Shown: positions 41,191-51,631, counted from the stretch's first letter. The stretch: 64,000 bases of DNA from an uncultured Gemmatimonadota bacterium (GCA_951812955.1 OX638340.1:480001-544000); one strand, 5' to 3'. Notes: a model not told the origin generated them from the sequence alone. Program-made: numbers and translations.

Positions 41191-44100
41191 CTAACACTCA
41201 GCCACGGCTCGTGGATTCAACCCCTCCAACAACGTGTCGATCGTCTGACTGATGGCGGTCTCAGACTGCAAGGTCTCGACCGGAATCGACACGTGCAATC
41301 CTGCCTCGATCCTGTTTCGTAACTCCACGGCCATGAGGGAATCCACGCCCAGGCTGCGCCAGGTCTGCCCGGTCTCCACGCTCCCTGGGTCCACTTCCAA
41401 GATCCGGCTGATCGCATCGGTCACGAATTCCTCGATGTAGTCGCGCATTATGTCAGGGGATAGCGCGCTCAGATCGGCTTTCGATAGGGGTGGAATCGCC
41501 CGTGTCGCCTGCGCTCCGCGAACATCCGGTGGCAGGAACCGGGCAAGAAGCGTATCTGCTTTTGGCTCAGTCGTGGGGATTACGCCGACGCGGTGGACAT
41601 CGCGACGGAGTATTCGATCAAGCAGCGCGCCTGCCTCATCGGGCGGGATCGATCGCAGGCCCTGCCGCCTCATACGATCGACGGCTCGTTCGTCGGTCAT
41701 CATGCCCGTATCTTCCCAGGGCCCCCAGTTTACTGTCGTCACCGGCAGACCCTCCTGACTCCTGAGGTCCGCCAGGCCGTCGAGAAACGCGTTCGCAGCG
41801 GCGTAGGATGCCTGTCCGGCCGTACCGAGCAGGGAGGCCACCGACGAAAAGAGGACGAAGAGGTCCAGTTCGCGGTCGCGGGTAATCGCATGCAGGTTCC
41901 ACGCGCCGACCGTCTTGGGTTCGAGTACCCGGCGGAACCTTTCCGCATTCTGGGTGAGCAAAATGCCATCGTCCAGCACGCCGGCCCCGTGGAAGACGCC
42001 CCTGACCGGTCCGTGCTCGATTTCCAGGCCTGCCAAGAGACCTTCCATCGCATCACGCTCGGTCGCATCGGCCTGAACGTACTTCACTTTGCCGTTGGGA
42101 TCACTTTCCAGTGACGTATCCACATGATGTCTTCGCCCCGTCACGACGACCAGGCCGGCTCCCCGGTCGAGTAGCCAACCCGTCAGGAAGCGGCCGATCC
42201 CACCCGCGCCGCCCGTGACGAGGTAGGTTCCGCCCGGACGAATGATCGGATCATCTTCTCCCAGGGCAACAGGGACGGACGCACCGTCGTCTACGAGCAC
42301 CAGTTTGCCCATGTGCCGCGCCTGCGACATGAACCGGAAGGCATCCCGCGCCTCGGCAAGCGGGTATGCATGGTACGGCAGGGGACGTATGCTGCCATCC
42401 GCAGCCAAGTCGGCGATTTTCTGTAGCATGGCGCCCGCACGGTCCGGCTGTTCCTCGATGAACTGTGCAAGATCGATGGGATGATAGGATTTGTTGCGGT
42501 CGAACCGGTTGAGATCGATGAGTCCATGGTTCAGCACATCGGTTTTGCCGATCTCAATGAAACGTCCGTGGGGCGCAAGTACGGCCAGAGAAGCCATCAT
42601 GGCGGGACCAGACAGTGTGTTCAGGACGATATCCATTCCCTTCCCGTCCGTCTTCTCAATGATCTCTTCTGCGAAGTCCAGGGAACGGGAATCCATCACA
42701 TGCGAAACGCCTATTTCCCGCAGAAAGGCTCGTTTTTCATCAGATCCGGCCGTGGCAAACACCTCGGCCTCTGCCTGACGGGCGAGTTGAAGAGCGGCCA
42801 GCCCCACCCCTCCTGTCGCGTTGTGTACAAGAACGCGGTCGCCGGCGGATATTCCGCCACGTACCACGAGCCCGAGGTATGCCGTCAGGAAGGCCACGGG
42901 CAGCGTAGCGGCTTCTTCGATACCCAGGCTATCCGGCTTCCGGACGACCAGGGCGGCCTTCGCGGTCACGTAACCGGCCATGGCCATCGGCACCATGCCC
43001 ATGACCAAATCACCGACTTCCACAGAGTCAGTCCGGCTTCCGCGTGCAACCACCTCGCCGACGCATTCCCAACCGAAGGAAGGTGGACGCGGCAATGAGG
43101 CTCGCAGCATGCCGAGGGCGGTAAGTACGTCCCTGAAGTTCAGCGCGGTTGCCTGCATGCGGATGACGACCTCGTCCGGTGCTGGTTCACGCTCCCGCTC
43201 CGACACAAAGTGGAGATCGTCAATCGAACCGGGCGTCGACTGTGTAAGTCTGTAACTGGTATTAAAATATGAAGATGCGGAAACACGCTTCGCTTTGGTG
43301 TTTGACAGGTCTAACGGAACGAGACGACGGGTATACAGCTCGGTCTCCCGTACCGCGATCTCGCCGGTCAGTTTGTCCGCGGCCACGATACAGGCGAGAT
43401 GTTCCAAATCGATCTCGTCGGTTCCGGCTGGAAGGTCGATCATCGCACAGTTCAACTCGGGGTGCTCCTGCGCGGCGACCCGTCCGCATCCCCAGATCGT
43501 CCCGAGTTCCGGCTTCGACCGGTCGCCATCAACCACGGACTGGGCACCCGCCGTAATCAACCTCAGGCGGTACGACAGATCGGGACTGTCCAGCACCGCC
43601 CTGACCATTTCAAAGGATTCCAGCGCGGGGCCGGTATGTCGGTTCGACCGCCTGGCGCCTTTTCCAGTCCAGATTCCCACGACGCCGACCGGTTCCCCGG
43701 ATTCGGATCTCACTGAGCCCAGTCTGCCGGCGAGGGCGTCGGCCGGGCTTGCCTTGCACTCACTGGACGCATCGATGAATTCACTCTTCCCGCCGCGTCG
43801 AGCCAGGGCATTAGCCAGGCCGGTTCCGAGTCGCGGGTCCTCCGTAATCACGTACCAGTGCGATGTTGTGCCGGGTTCCACCTGGTCTTCCGGGATTGGC
43901 ATGGCCATCCAGGCTTCCCGGTAGATTCCCTGTGGGTTATCAAGGCCATGCCGGCCTGCGCCTGTCCTGAACAGACCCCCTCCTGCCCGGAACAGGGACA
44001 CGCCTTCCAGTTGTACCACAGGAAGGCCCTTGTCATCTACGAGGTACACATCGGCCAGCAGCCCACCGTCACTTGATTTCTCCCTCAGTCTGGCGTATGC

Positions 44101-47100
44101 AACCAGGACATCATGCTCGTCCGGAAGCTTCTGCAGCACAACGGTTTCCACGCTGACGGGCAGATGCGGATCGTCTTCAGGAACGAGCATCAGCAGGACC
44201 TGCAGACCGGCATCCAGAACACCGGGGTGCAGGCGGTAGGGATTCTGATCATCATCTCGTACGGCCAGGACGGCCAGGACTTCCCGTTCGGAGTACACAA
44301 GCTCGTCAATCTGGCGGAAGGACGGGCCGTATTGAAACCCCAGAGCTGCTGCGCGTTCGTAGAATCGACCGCTCGCGACCCGGCGGTCGCAACGGGATCT
44401 GACGGCTTCCAGTTCTACGCGTTCTGTTATCTCATCTACGCGGGTTCGTTCGGCTAGCATGTTTGACAGCCAGCTCGAACCAGTCTCCTGGGATTCCGGC
44501 CTGGAGGAAAGCGTATACCGGTTCTGCCTGCGTACAACCTGGACGAGATGTGCGCCGATATCTGGCAATAACAGGGGGTTCAGGAGTTCAAGGTCCCGAA
44601 ATGCGACTGGAGCATCCTCCTCGTCGAGGGTCTCGAAGAGCATTTCTATCTGCCCTGCGAGCGGCATGATCGATCGGTCCAGTACGGTGTGATCCGCCAG
44701 CATAGGATGGGAGTCCAGGCTAATCGGCCGTTCCCACACGAAGGTTTCGGGGTCCACGGACGATTCGATGCCGGTACCGATCAATGGGTGCGGGTACTGG
44801 CTTCGCGGGCCACCCGGTTGATTCGTCATCCCGTCCAACCAGAAACGTTCCTTCTGCCAGGGATAGGTCGGCAACGGAACAGGAGTTCTCGGTGGATCCA
44901 CCAGGTGTTGCCATCGTATATCGTGGCCGTGGACGTAACATTTCGCCATGGCTTCGAGCAGGACGTCCCAGGTTCCGCGGTCTCGTCGTAGCGAGGCAAC
45001 CGCGTGCCCCGTCCAATTCAGATGAGCCAGGTTTTCATATATGATCGTCGAAAGCACGGGATGAGGGCCGATCTGGACGAACAGCGCCTCTCCGCCATCT
45101 GGAATCGCTTCGAATGAACGGCTGAACAGGACGGGACTCCGGATATTTCGCCACCAGTGATCCGCGTCGAGGTCCATTCCTTCAACCCGCGTACCCGTGA
45201 CCGTCGAGAACAGAGGTACGTGGGATTTCGAGGGAGACAGTCCATTCAGGGACGCCAGGAAATCGTCGCGGATCCCGTCCATTTGCCTGCTGTGATAGGC
45301 GATATCCGTATGTAGTTTGCGGCAGAAAATCCGTCGTCCATCCAACTCCGCCTGTAACCGGTCGATAGCCGCGGTCTCCCCGGATATGGTCACGGAAACC
45401 GGACTGTTGACCGCAGCAACGGACAGGCTGTCTCCGAAGGGTTCTATGGCCTCTTCCGCCTCGTCCGGCGACAGGCCCACCGCAAGCATCTCGCCCCGTC
45501 CCTGCCACGCCTTCTGCAGCCTGCTGCGCTGGTATATGATGCGAACGCCCTCTTCCAGGGAAAGGGCGCCCGCGACACAGGCTCCGGTGATTTCCCCGAC
45601 GCTGTGGCCAATGACGAACCGCGGCTCAATACCAAAGGACCGCCATAGGGCCGCCAGGGCCCACTGCAGCGCCATGTTGGCGGGCTGAGCGATCTCGACG
45701 CCGGTGATGCGCTCCCCGGCTGCACCGCGCCACATCTCATCCTTAATGGAATTTCCCGCAGCTGCCGAGTACAGGCGGTCGAACTCGTCCAGGGCTTCGC
45801 TGAACGGGGGCGCCGAATTATAGAGCGCCCGCCCCATACCGAACCACTGCGGCCCCATGCCGGTGAAGACGAAGACGACAGGTGTGGGATGCGATCCGAC
45901 ACGTGCCGTCTCGAACCGATCTGGGATGCCGCCTGCACGAAACGTCTCAAGGCCCTGCGCCGCCCCCCCGGCCTCCTCGAACACCAGGCCAAGGCGGTGG
46001 TCCAGATGGGACCTGTACAGGGCGAGCGCGGCCGCCAGATCGTCGGGTGGCGTATCGGGTTGGCTTCGGAGCAGAGATACTGTATCCGACGCCTTTTGCT
46101 TCAGCGCGGCGGCGTTATGGGCGGACAGGACCAGGAGCCGGGTAGCGCGCTGATCGTCCGTACGGCACGGGTCGGACGTGCCGGGTGAACCGCCCGATTC
46201 GACTTCCGCCGGGCCAGGCGGGGATCCCAGCACCACGTGGGCGTTGGCACCGCCGAATCCGAAGGAATTAACCCCGGCGTAACAGGATACGGGGATGTTT
46301 TCCGGTTCGGTGACCACCTTTAGCCCGAGCGCTTCAAAGGGTATATCGGGGTTTGGCTGATCGAAATGCAGGGAGGGCGGCAGGACGCCATGTTTCAGGG
46401 ACAGCGCTGTTTTGATGAGTCCGGCGACGCCGGCCGCCGCCTCGGCATGGCCGATATTGGTCTTCACCGACCCGATCAGGCAACCGGTGGATCCCGTGGC
46501 ACGGCCGATGGCCATGGCTTCCACGGGGTCGCCAGTGGGCGTTCCCGTACCGTGAGCTTCTACGAAGGCCAGGCGTTGCGCGTCCACGCCACCGGCCCGG
46601 GCGGCCGACTCGATGACGGTTTGCTGAGCGTTCTGGTCAGGTACGGTAAGCCCGCGCCCTTCCTGGCCACGCCCGTCCTGGTTTATCGCGGAGCCGAGAA
46701 TGACCGCGTAGATCGGATCGTCGTCCTCCACCGCGTCGGACAGGCGTTTCAGCACGACGATTCCCGCGCCGTCGCTCCGTCCGTACCCGCTCGCCCCCTG
46801 GTCGAAGGCCCTGCAGCGCCCATCCGGCGACAACATTTGCGCCTGTTGAAAGCCGCGCGTCGTCTGCGGAGTCAGGAGGAGATTCGCGCCACCGGCAAGT
46901 GCGGCCGAACAGATACCGGCCTGTATATCCCTGCAGGCCAGGTGAACGGCGGTCAGCGAAGAAGAACAGGCCGTATCCACCGCGATACTCGGGCCCTTCA
47001 GATCCAGGAAGTAGGAGATCCGGTTCGCCGCGATACTCAGCGTGCCACCCGTATTGGTGTGCATGCCGACGGCTGACGGCGCCGCGTACCGCTGCAGGTC

Positions 47101-47478
47101 CCAGTATTCGTCCAGGAAGATCCCCATGTACACGCCAACGGGCCGGCCTTCAAGCTTCGCCGGCGGAATCTGCGCGTCTTCCAGCGCTTCCCAGGCAAGT
47201 TCGAGCAGGACGCGCTGCTGGGGATCGATGTGGCGGGCTTCCCGTGGCGAGATATTGAAAAACGCTGCGTCGAATCGGTCGATCTCGTCGACGAACCCGC
47301 CATGGGCGGGATAGTCTTTATGGCCCGTCCACGGTTCCCACAGCGATTTGCGCTCATCCGGCACGGCGCGTATGGCGTCACCGCCGTTCAGGACGAATTC
47401 CCAGAAAGATCGGGGCGAAGATATCTCCCCGGGAAAACGGCAGGCGATACCTGTTATGGCAATGGGTTCACCGGACAT
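41191..47478 (-). CDS. Type I polyketide synthase, single fully reducing module KS-AT-DH-ER-KR-ACP (FAS-like)
   Basis: A 2095-aa protein. The KS active site is DTACSSSL. The AT motif is GHSVGE. The DH motif is HxxxDxxxxP (HPMLADHTVLDRSIMP). The ER NADPH motif is HNATGGVG. The KR motif is TGGAGGIG. The ACP motif is LGVDSLMAVELRN. Confidence 0.9.
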   Translation of the reverse strand: MSGEPIAITGIACRFPGEISSPRSFWEFVLNGGDAIRAVPDERKSLWEPWTGHKDYPAHGGFVDEIDRFDAAFFNISPREARHIDPQQRVLLELAWEALEDAQIPPAKLEGRPVGVYMGIFLDEYWDLQRYAAPSAVGMHTNTGGTLSIAANRISYFLDLKGPSIAVDTACSSSLTAVHLACRDIQAGICSAALAGGANLLLTPQTTRGFQQAQMLSPDGRCRAFDQGASGYGRSDGAGIVVLKRLSDAVEDDDPIYAVILGSAINQDGRGQEGRGLTVPDQNAQQTVIESAARAGGVDAQRLAFVEAHGTGTPTGDPVEAMAIGRATGSTGCLIGSVKTNIGHAEAAAGVAGLIKTALSLKHGVLPPSLHFDQPNPDIPFEALGLKVVTEPENIPVSCYAGVNSFGFGGANAHVVLGSPPGPAEVESGGSPGTSDPCRTDDQRATRLLVLSAHNAAALKQKASDTVSLLRSQPDTPPDDLAAALALYRSHLDHRLGLVFEEAGGAAQGLETFRAGGIPDRFETARVGSHPTPVVFVFTGMGPQWFGMGRALYNSAPPFSEALDEFDRLYSAAAGNSIKDEMWRGAAGERITGVEIAQPANMALQWALAALWRSFGIEPRFVIGHSVGEITGACVAGALSLEEGVRIIYQRSRLQKAWQGRGEMLAVGLSPDEAEEAIEPFGDSLSVAAVNSPVSVTISGETAAIDRLQAELDGRRIFCRKLHTDIAYHSRQMDGIRDDFLASLNGLSPSKSHVPLFSTVTGTRVEGMDLDADHWWRNIRSPVLFSRSFEAIPDGGEALFVQIGPHPVLSTIIYENLAHLNWTGHAVASLRRDRGTWDVLLEAMAKCYVHGHDIRWQHLVDPPRTPVPLPTYPWQKERFWLDGMTNQPGGPRSQYPHPLIGTGIESSVDPETFVWERPISLDSHPMLADHTVLDRSIMPLAGQIEMLFETLDEEDAPVAFRDLELLNPLLLPDIGAHLVQVVRRQNRYTLSSRPESQETGSSWLSNMLAERTRVDEITERVELEAVRSRCDRRVASGRFYERAAALGFQYGPSFRQIDELVYSEREVLAVLAVRDDDQNPYRLHPGVLDAGLQVLLMLVPEDDPHLPVSVETVVLQKLPDEHDVLVAYARLREKSSDGGLLADVYLVDDKGLPVVQLEGVSLFRAGGGLFRTGAGRHGLDNPQGIYREAWMAMPIPEDQVEPGTTSHWYVITEDPRLGTGLANALARRGGKSEFIDASSECKASPADALAGRLGSVRSESGEPVGVVGIWTGKGARRSNRHTGPALESFEMVRAVLDSPDLSYRLRLITAGAQSVVDGDRSKPELGTIWGCGRVAAQEHPELNCAMIDLPAGTDEIDLEHLACIVAADKLTGEIAVRETELYTRRLVPLDLSNTKAKRVSASSYFNTSYRLTQSTPGSIDDLHFVSEREREPAPDEVVIRMQATALNFRDVLTALGMLRASLPRPPSFGWECVGEVVARGSRTDSVEVGDLVMGMVPMAMAGYVTAKAALVVRKPDSLGIEEAATLPVAFLTAYLGLVVRGGISAGDRVLVHNATGGVGLAALQLARQAEAEVFATAGSDEKRAFLREIGVSHVMDSRSLDFAEEIIEKTDGKGMDIVLNTLSGPAMMASLAVLAPHGRFIEIGKTDVLNHGLIDLNRFDRNKSYHPIDLAQFIEEQPDRAGAMLQKIADLAADGSIRPLPYHAYPLAEARDAFRFMSQARHMGKLVLVDDGASVPVALGEDDPIIRPGGTYLVTGGAGGIGRFLTGWLLDRGAGLVVVTGRRHHVDTSLESDPNGKVKYVQADATERDAMEGLLAGLEIEHGPVRGVFHGAGVLDDGILLTQNAERFRRVLEPKTVGAWNLHAITRDRELDLFVLFSSVASLLGTAGQASYAAANAFLDGLADLRSQEGLPVTTVNWGPWEDTGMMTDERAVDRMRRQGLRSIPPDEAGALLDRILRRDVHRVGVIPTTEPKADTLLARFLPPDVRGAQATRAIPPLSKADLSALSPDIMRDYIEEFVTDAISRILEVDPGSVETGQTWRSLGVDSLMAVELRNRIEAGLHVSIPVETLQSETAISQTIDTLLEGLNPRAVAEC

Positions 47479-48295
47479 GACTCAGGGGTCTTCGAAAGGT
47501 CCATTCGGCGTTTCCGTACCGGGTTCTGACCAGCTCCTCGGTCGCGTGCCGTTCTTCATCGTTCAGCACGTCCCTTCGTCCTTCGAGGTTGAAATGTTCC
47601 ATGAACGACCGGGAAAGGCCGTCGGCCCATTCCTCGAAAGTCGGTAGACCGGAAGTCAATTCAGAAACGGTTATGGTCCGCTGATCCAGCAACCGGGCGA
47701 TGGTCTCCCGGCGTTGCTGGTCCTGGGAAGGTATCAGCAAAGGCAGTCTTTTGTGTCCCGGTCCCAGCAGGACGGATCCGTGGTGCAATACCCGTCCACC
47801 CGACCGGCGCTGGGCGCTTCCAGCCAGTTTTCTGCCTCGCGCTGTAATCTCGTAACGTCCCGTGGCCGTGAAGCATACGTCGCTATTGCCTCCAATGCCA
47901 CAGCTTGCTTCCAGCGCCGGATCTGCCGGGATTCCGAAGTGCCGTAACGTCCTGGCCAGCGCTTCCCCGGCCCCGCGGAACATAGCGCCGGACAGGGTAT
48001 TCATTGCGGGATGGGATTCCGGAAACACCAGGCTGTACGTCAGTTCCTGGTCATGCAGCACCGTGCGCCCACCGGTGATCCGGCGGACCAGGTCGATGCC
48101 ATACCGGTCGCATCGGCCGGGGTCGACCTCGTCTTCCACGTCTTGTCCATATCCGACGGACACAGCCGGAGGATGCCATGTGTAGATGCGCAGCGTCATC
48201 ATCTTCGTGTCCCGCCGGCACGCGCCGAACAGCGCTTCATCGACGGCCATGTTGTAAGCGGCGGAACACCCGGGGGAGGTCAGTATGCGGATCAT
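47468..48295 (-). CDS. Lipoate/octanoyl-protein ligase family protein (BPL/LplA/LipB catalytic domain only)
   Basis: A 275-aa protein with the BPL_LPL catalytic domain pattern (RRITGGRTVLHD ... KLAGSAQRR). Its start overlaps rnc's stop by 4 nt and its stop overlaps the PKS start by 11 nt. Confidence 0.65.
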   Translation of the reverse strand: MIRILTSPGCSAAYNMAVDEALFGACRRDTKMMTLRIYTWHPPAVSVGYGQDVEDEVDPGRCDRYGIDLVRRITGGRTVLHDQELTYSLVFPESHPAMNTLSGAMFRGAGEALARTLRHFGIPADPALEASCGIGGNSDVCFTATGRYEITARGRKLAGSAQRRSGGRVLHHGSVLLGPGHKRLPLLIPSQDQQRRETIARLLDQRTITVSELTSGLPTFEEWADGLSRSFMEHFNLEGRRDVLNDEERHATEELVRTRYGNAEWTFRRPLSHVR

Positions 48296-49119
48296 GACCC
48301 TTCGCTGTCCCGGGCGGACTGCAACCGCTCTACTGCCTGCCGCGCCGCGTCCTGCTCCGCGTTCTTCTTGCTGGTTCCGGTGCCTTTGCTGACGGCGTTT
48401 CCGGCTACGAAGACCTCGATTGTAAAGACTTTCTCATGGTCGGGGCCGACGGCGGAATCGATGCGGTATTCCGGCTGCCCGATGCCTTCGCCCTGCGTAA
48501 ATTCCAGCAGCGCGCTCTTGTAGTTGCGCGAGTCATCGTCATCGGTGGGACGTTCATCGTTCAGTTCCTGCAGCAGGGTTCGATGCAGGAAGCGCCTGAC
48601 CGGCTGCAGCCCGCCGTCCAGGTATATGGCGCCGATGATGGATTCGTAGGCGTCAGACAGGATCGAGTGGCGAAAACGGCCGCCTGAACGCGCTTCGCTG
48701 GAACTCAGCAGCACGAAGCGCCCGAGTTTCATTTCCCGGGCCTGCCGGGCGAGCGCCTTGCGGTTAACCAGCGTGGAACGGAGCTGCGTCAACTGCCCCT
48801 CGCGGCACCTCGGGTACTTATCGTATATGAACTCGCCCACGACGAGATCCAGCACCGCGTCGCCCAGGAACTCCAGCCGTTCGTTGGAGTAAACTCCGGA
48901 CTGCTCCCGGGAATACACGTAGGAACGGTGTTTGAGGGCAGTTATCAGGTAATCGGGGTTCTTGAAACGGTAGTTGATATACTTCTGTACCTGGCGTGCG
49001 TTTTCCCGTTCGGCTGCGGTCCGGTTCACGGCGTTGCGGGATGCGCCGCGTTTCAGGCGGAAAAACAGGGTCGCGGCCACGCGCCGTAGTTTTTGCAGGA
49101 TAGGATGCCGTTTCGACAC
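48292..49119 (-). CDS. rnc: Ribonuclease III
   Basis: It has the RNase III signature ERLEFLGDAVL and a C-terminal dsRBD (GPDHEKVFTIEVFVAG...G.G.SKK.AEQ.AA). Confidence 0.9.
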   Translation of the reverse strand: MSKRHPILQKLRRVAATLFFRLKRGASRNAVNRTAAERENARQVQKYINYRFKNPDYLITALKHRSYVYSREQSGVYSNERLEFLGDAVLDLVVGEFIYDKYPRCREGQLTQLRSTLVNRKALARQAREMKLGRFVLLSSSEARSGGRFRHSILSDAYESIIGAIYLDGGLQPVRRFLHRTLLQELNDERPTDDDDSRNYKSALLEFTQGEGIGQPEYRIDSAVGPDHEKVFTIEVFVAGNAVSKGTGTSKKNAEQDAARQAVERLQSARDSEGS

Positions 49120-49158
49120 GGTAATCCCCGGAACACGTTCGAGGCGTTTCGGAGGACG

Positions 49159-50445
49159 TTACGCCGTGTACTTCTTTACCACGAGTGTTACGTTATGCCC
49201 ACCGAATCCGAATGAATTGGTCAAGGCCGCCCGTACTTCCCGTTCCCTGCCGGTGTTGGGAACGTAGTCCAGGTCGCAATCGGGATCGGGTACCTCGTAG
49301 TTGATGGTAGGATGGACGAAATCGCGGGCGACGGACAGTGTGGTCGCGATGAACTCTACTCCTCCTGAAGCTCCGAGCAGATGACCGACAAGTGACTTCG
49401 TGGAGCTGATGGCGAGACTTTTCGCGTGTTCACCAAAGACCTTTTTGATGGCCAGGGTTTCAATGCGATCGTTAAAGGGAGTGGACGTTCCGTGGGCGTT
49501 GATATAATCGATCCCGTCCGCGTCCAGCCCGGCGTTCTGCAATGCCAGTTTCATGGATCGCATAGCGCCTTCGCCGGATTCATGGGGCTGTGTGATATGA
49601 AAGGCATCCGCTGTCGCGGCGTAACCTGCCAGTTCGGCGTAGACAGTCGCATTGCGCCGCCGCGCGTGCGACAGGGTCTCGAGGACGACTATGCCCGCGC
49701 CTTCACCCAGGACGAATCCGTCCCTTTCGGCGTCGAAGGGCCGGCTGGCCCGCTCCGGTTCATCGTTGCGGAGTGAAAGGGCCCGCATATTGCTGAACCC
49801 GGCCACGGCCATGGGCGAAATGCTGGCTTCCGTGCCGCCGGTGATCATTACGTCGGCGTCCCCGTGCTGCAGGATCCGGAAGGCGTCGCCAATTCCGTGG
49901 GCGCCGCTGGAACAGGCCGATACCGTGGTGTAATTGGGTCCTTTCAAACCGTGTATCATCGAGATATAGCCGGGGGCCATGTCCGCGATCATCATCGGGA
50001 TGAAAAAGGGGCTCACGCGCCCCGGACCCTTGTTCACCAGGTTCGAATGCTGGTTCTCGAAGGTCCAAATGCCTCCGACGCCCGTACCCATGACCACCCC
50101 GATGCGTTCCCGGTCCTCTACATCGAGGTCCAACCCGGAGTCGTCGATCGCCATCTGCGCCGCAATGACCGCGTACTGGACGTTTTCGTCCATGCGCCGC
50201 ACTTCCTTCCGGTCGATGTAATCTGCCGCGTTGAAATCCTTCAACTCGGCGGCGATTTTCGCCGGAAAGGCGTCCACATCGAACTTGGTTATGGGCCCTA
50301 TGCCGCTTTGGCCGCTGCAAAGGGCATTCCAATAGGTATCGAGCCTGAGACCCACGGGGCTCAGGACGCCCATACCGGTGACGACTACGCGCTCGGCCAC
50401 GCCGATCCTCCCGAATTCAACCGGTCGCATTTCCAGGGACTGCAT
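49159..50445 (-). CDS. fabF: 3-oxoacyl-ACP synthase II
   Basis: It has the KAS II active-site region SACSSG and the C-terminal His-His and Lys of KS enzymes. The length is about 415 aa. The true start may be a few codons downstream of the listed ATG. Confidence 0.9.
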   Translation of the reverse strand: MQSLEMRPVEFGRIGVAERVVVTGMGVLSPVGLRLDTYWNALCSGQSGIGPITKFDVDAFPAKIAAELKDFNAADYIDRKEVRRMDENVQYAVIAAQMAIDDSGLDLDVEDRERIGVVMGTGVGGIWTFENQHSNLVNKGPGRVSPFFIPMMIADMAPGYISMIHGLKGPNYTTVSACSSGAHGIGDAFRILQHGDADVMITGGTEASISPMAVAGFSNMRALSLRNDEPERASRPFDAERDGFVLGEGAGIVVLETLSHARRRNATVYAELAGYAATADAFHITQPHESGEGAMRSMKLALQNAGLDADGIDYINAHGTSTPFNDRIETLAIKKVFGEHAKSLAISSTKSLVGHLLGASGGVEFIATTLSVARDFVHPTINYEVPDPDCDLDYVPNTGREREVRAALTNSFGFGGHNVTLVVKKYTA

Positions 50446-50473
50446 AGGAACAAGGACCGGGCCTTGAGATGAA

Positions 50474-50704
50474 TCAGCCGTCTACATTGGCCTGGAGATA
50501 CTTGATCGCGTCACTAACCGTGACGATCTTTTCGGCGTCCTCGTCGGGAATCTCGAGATCGAATTCCTCCTCGAGCGCCATGACGAGTTCGACCGTATCG
50601 AGCGAGTCGGCGCCCAGGTCGTCGGTAAACGAGGCATTGTCGGTAACCTGGTCACCGTCAACGCCAAGTTGCTCGGCGATGATCTCCTTTACGCGATCTT
50701 CCAT
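50474..50704 (-). CDS. acpP: Acyl carrier protein
   Basis: [15 protein letters not shown]...[20 protein letters not shown] carries the DSLD phosphopantetheine site. The start is at the ATG at 50702-50704, preceded by AGGAGG. Confidence 0.9.
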   Translation of the reverse strand: MEDRVKEIIAEQLGVDGDQVTDNASFTDDLGADSLDTVELVMALEEEFDLEIPDEDAEKIVTVSDAIKYLQANVDG

Positions 50705-50789
50705 CTTCTTTCCTCCTGTCCGTATGAATTGTTGGCTTTCTTGACTACATGTTGAAATCAAATTCCCGCTTCAGTTGCGAATGATCTAT

Positions 50790-50861
50790 TTGTTTGCTCG
50801 ACTGTTTGCTCAATTGTGAGCTCGACGGTGAGCTCAATTGTCTGCTCAACTGTCTGCTCGT
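50790..50861. repeat. Six tandem 12-nt repeats in the fabG-acpP intergenic region
   Basis: The units are tgtttgctcgac, tgtttgctcaat, tgtgagctcgac, ggtgagctcaat, tgtctgctcaac and tgtctgctcgtt, contiguous, with a core TGnnnGCTCnac. Confidence 0.85.
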
Positions 50862-50887
50862 TCGGTTTGCTGTAGATTGTTTTGCAC

Positions 50888-51631
50888 CTACATCCCCATG
50901 CCGCCGTCGACACGCATTACCTGCCCCGTGATGAAGGCGGCGTCGTCGGACGCCAGGAACGTCGCGATGCCGGCCACGTCGTCGGGTTGCCCGGCCCGGG
51001 ATAACGGTGTGGCGTCCAGGAACGCGGCCCGCACCGTTTCGGGAAGCGACTCCGTCATGGCTGTTTCGATAAACCCCGGTGCGATCGCATTGACCGTGAT
51101 CCCCCGGCTTCCGACCTCCTTCGCCACCGACTTGGTGAATCCGATGATACCAGCCTTGGAGGCAGAATAGTTGGCCTGTCCCGCGTTACCCGTGAGGCCG
51201 ACGATCGAGGTCATATTGATGATCCTGCCGCTCCGCTGTCTCATCATTTGCCGGATGACCGCCTGGGTGCAAATGAACACGCCGCCCAGGTTGACGTGCA
51301 TGACTTCGTCCCAGTCGGCCTGTTTCATACGCATCAGCAGCGTGTCCCGGACCGTGGCCGCGTTGTTGACCAGTACGTCGATGGAACCGTAAGTCTCGAC
51401 CACGCCGTCGATCAGGTCTTTCACGCTGTCCCGGTCGTCTATGCGAACAGCCAGGCCTCGGGCTTCGCCACCTTGTTGCTTCAGCGCTTCGGCGGCTTCC
51501 TCGGCCTTGGTCCCGTCGCGGCTCGTAATGATTACCCGGGCGCCTTCTGCGGCGAACCGTTCGGCGACGGCGGAACCGATCCCCTGCGCTCCGCCCGTAA
51601 CGACGGCAACTTTGCCACTTACGCCGCGCAA
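50888..51631 (-). CDS. fabG: 3-oxoacyl-ACP reductase
   Basis: It has TGGAQGIG, NNAA, and a catalytic S...Y..SK. The length is 247 aa. Confidence 0.9.
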   Translation of the reverse strand: MRGVSGKVAVVTGGAQGIGSAVAERFAAEGARVIITSRDGTKAEEAAEALKQQGGEARGLAVRIDDRDSVKDLIDGVVETYGSIDVLVNNAATVRDTLLMRMKQADWDEVMHVNLGGVFICTQAVIRQMMRQRSGRIINMTSIVGLTGNAGQANYSASKAGIIGFTKSVAKEVGSRGITVNAIAPGFIETAMTESLPETVRAAFLDATPLSRAGQPDDVAGIATFLASDDAAFITGQVMRVDGGMGM

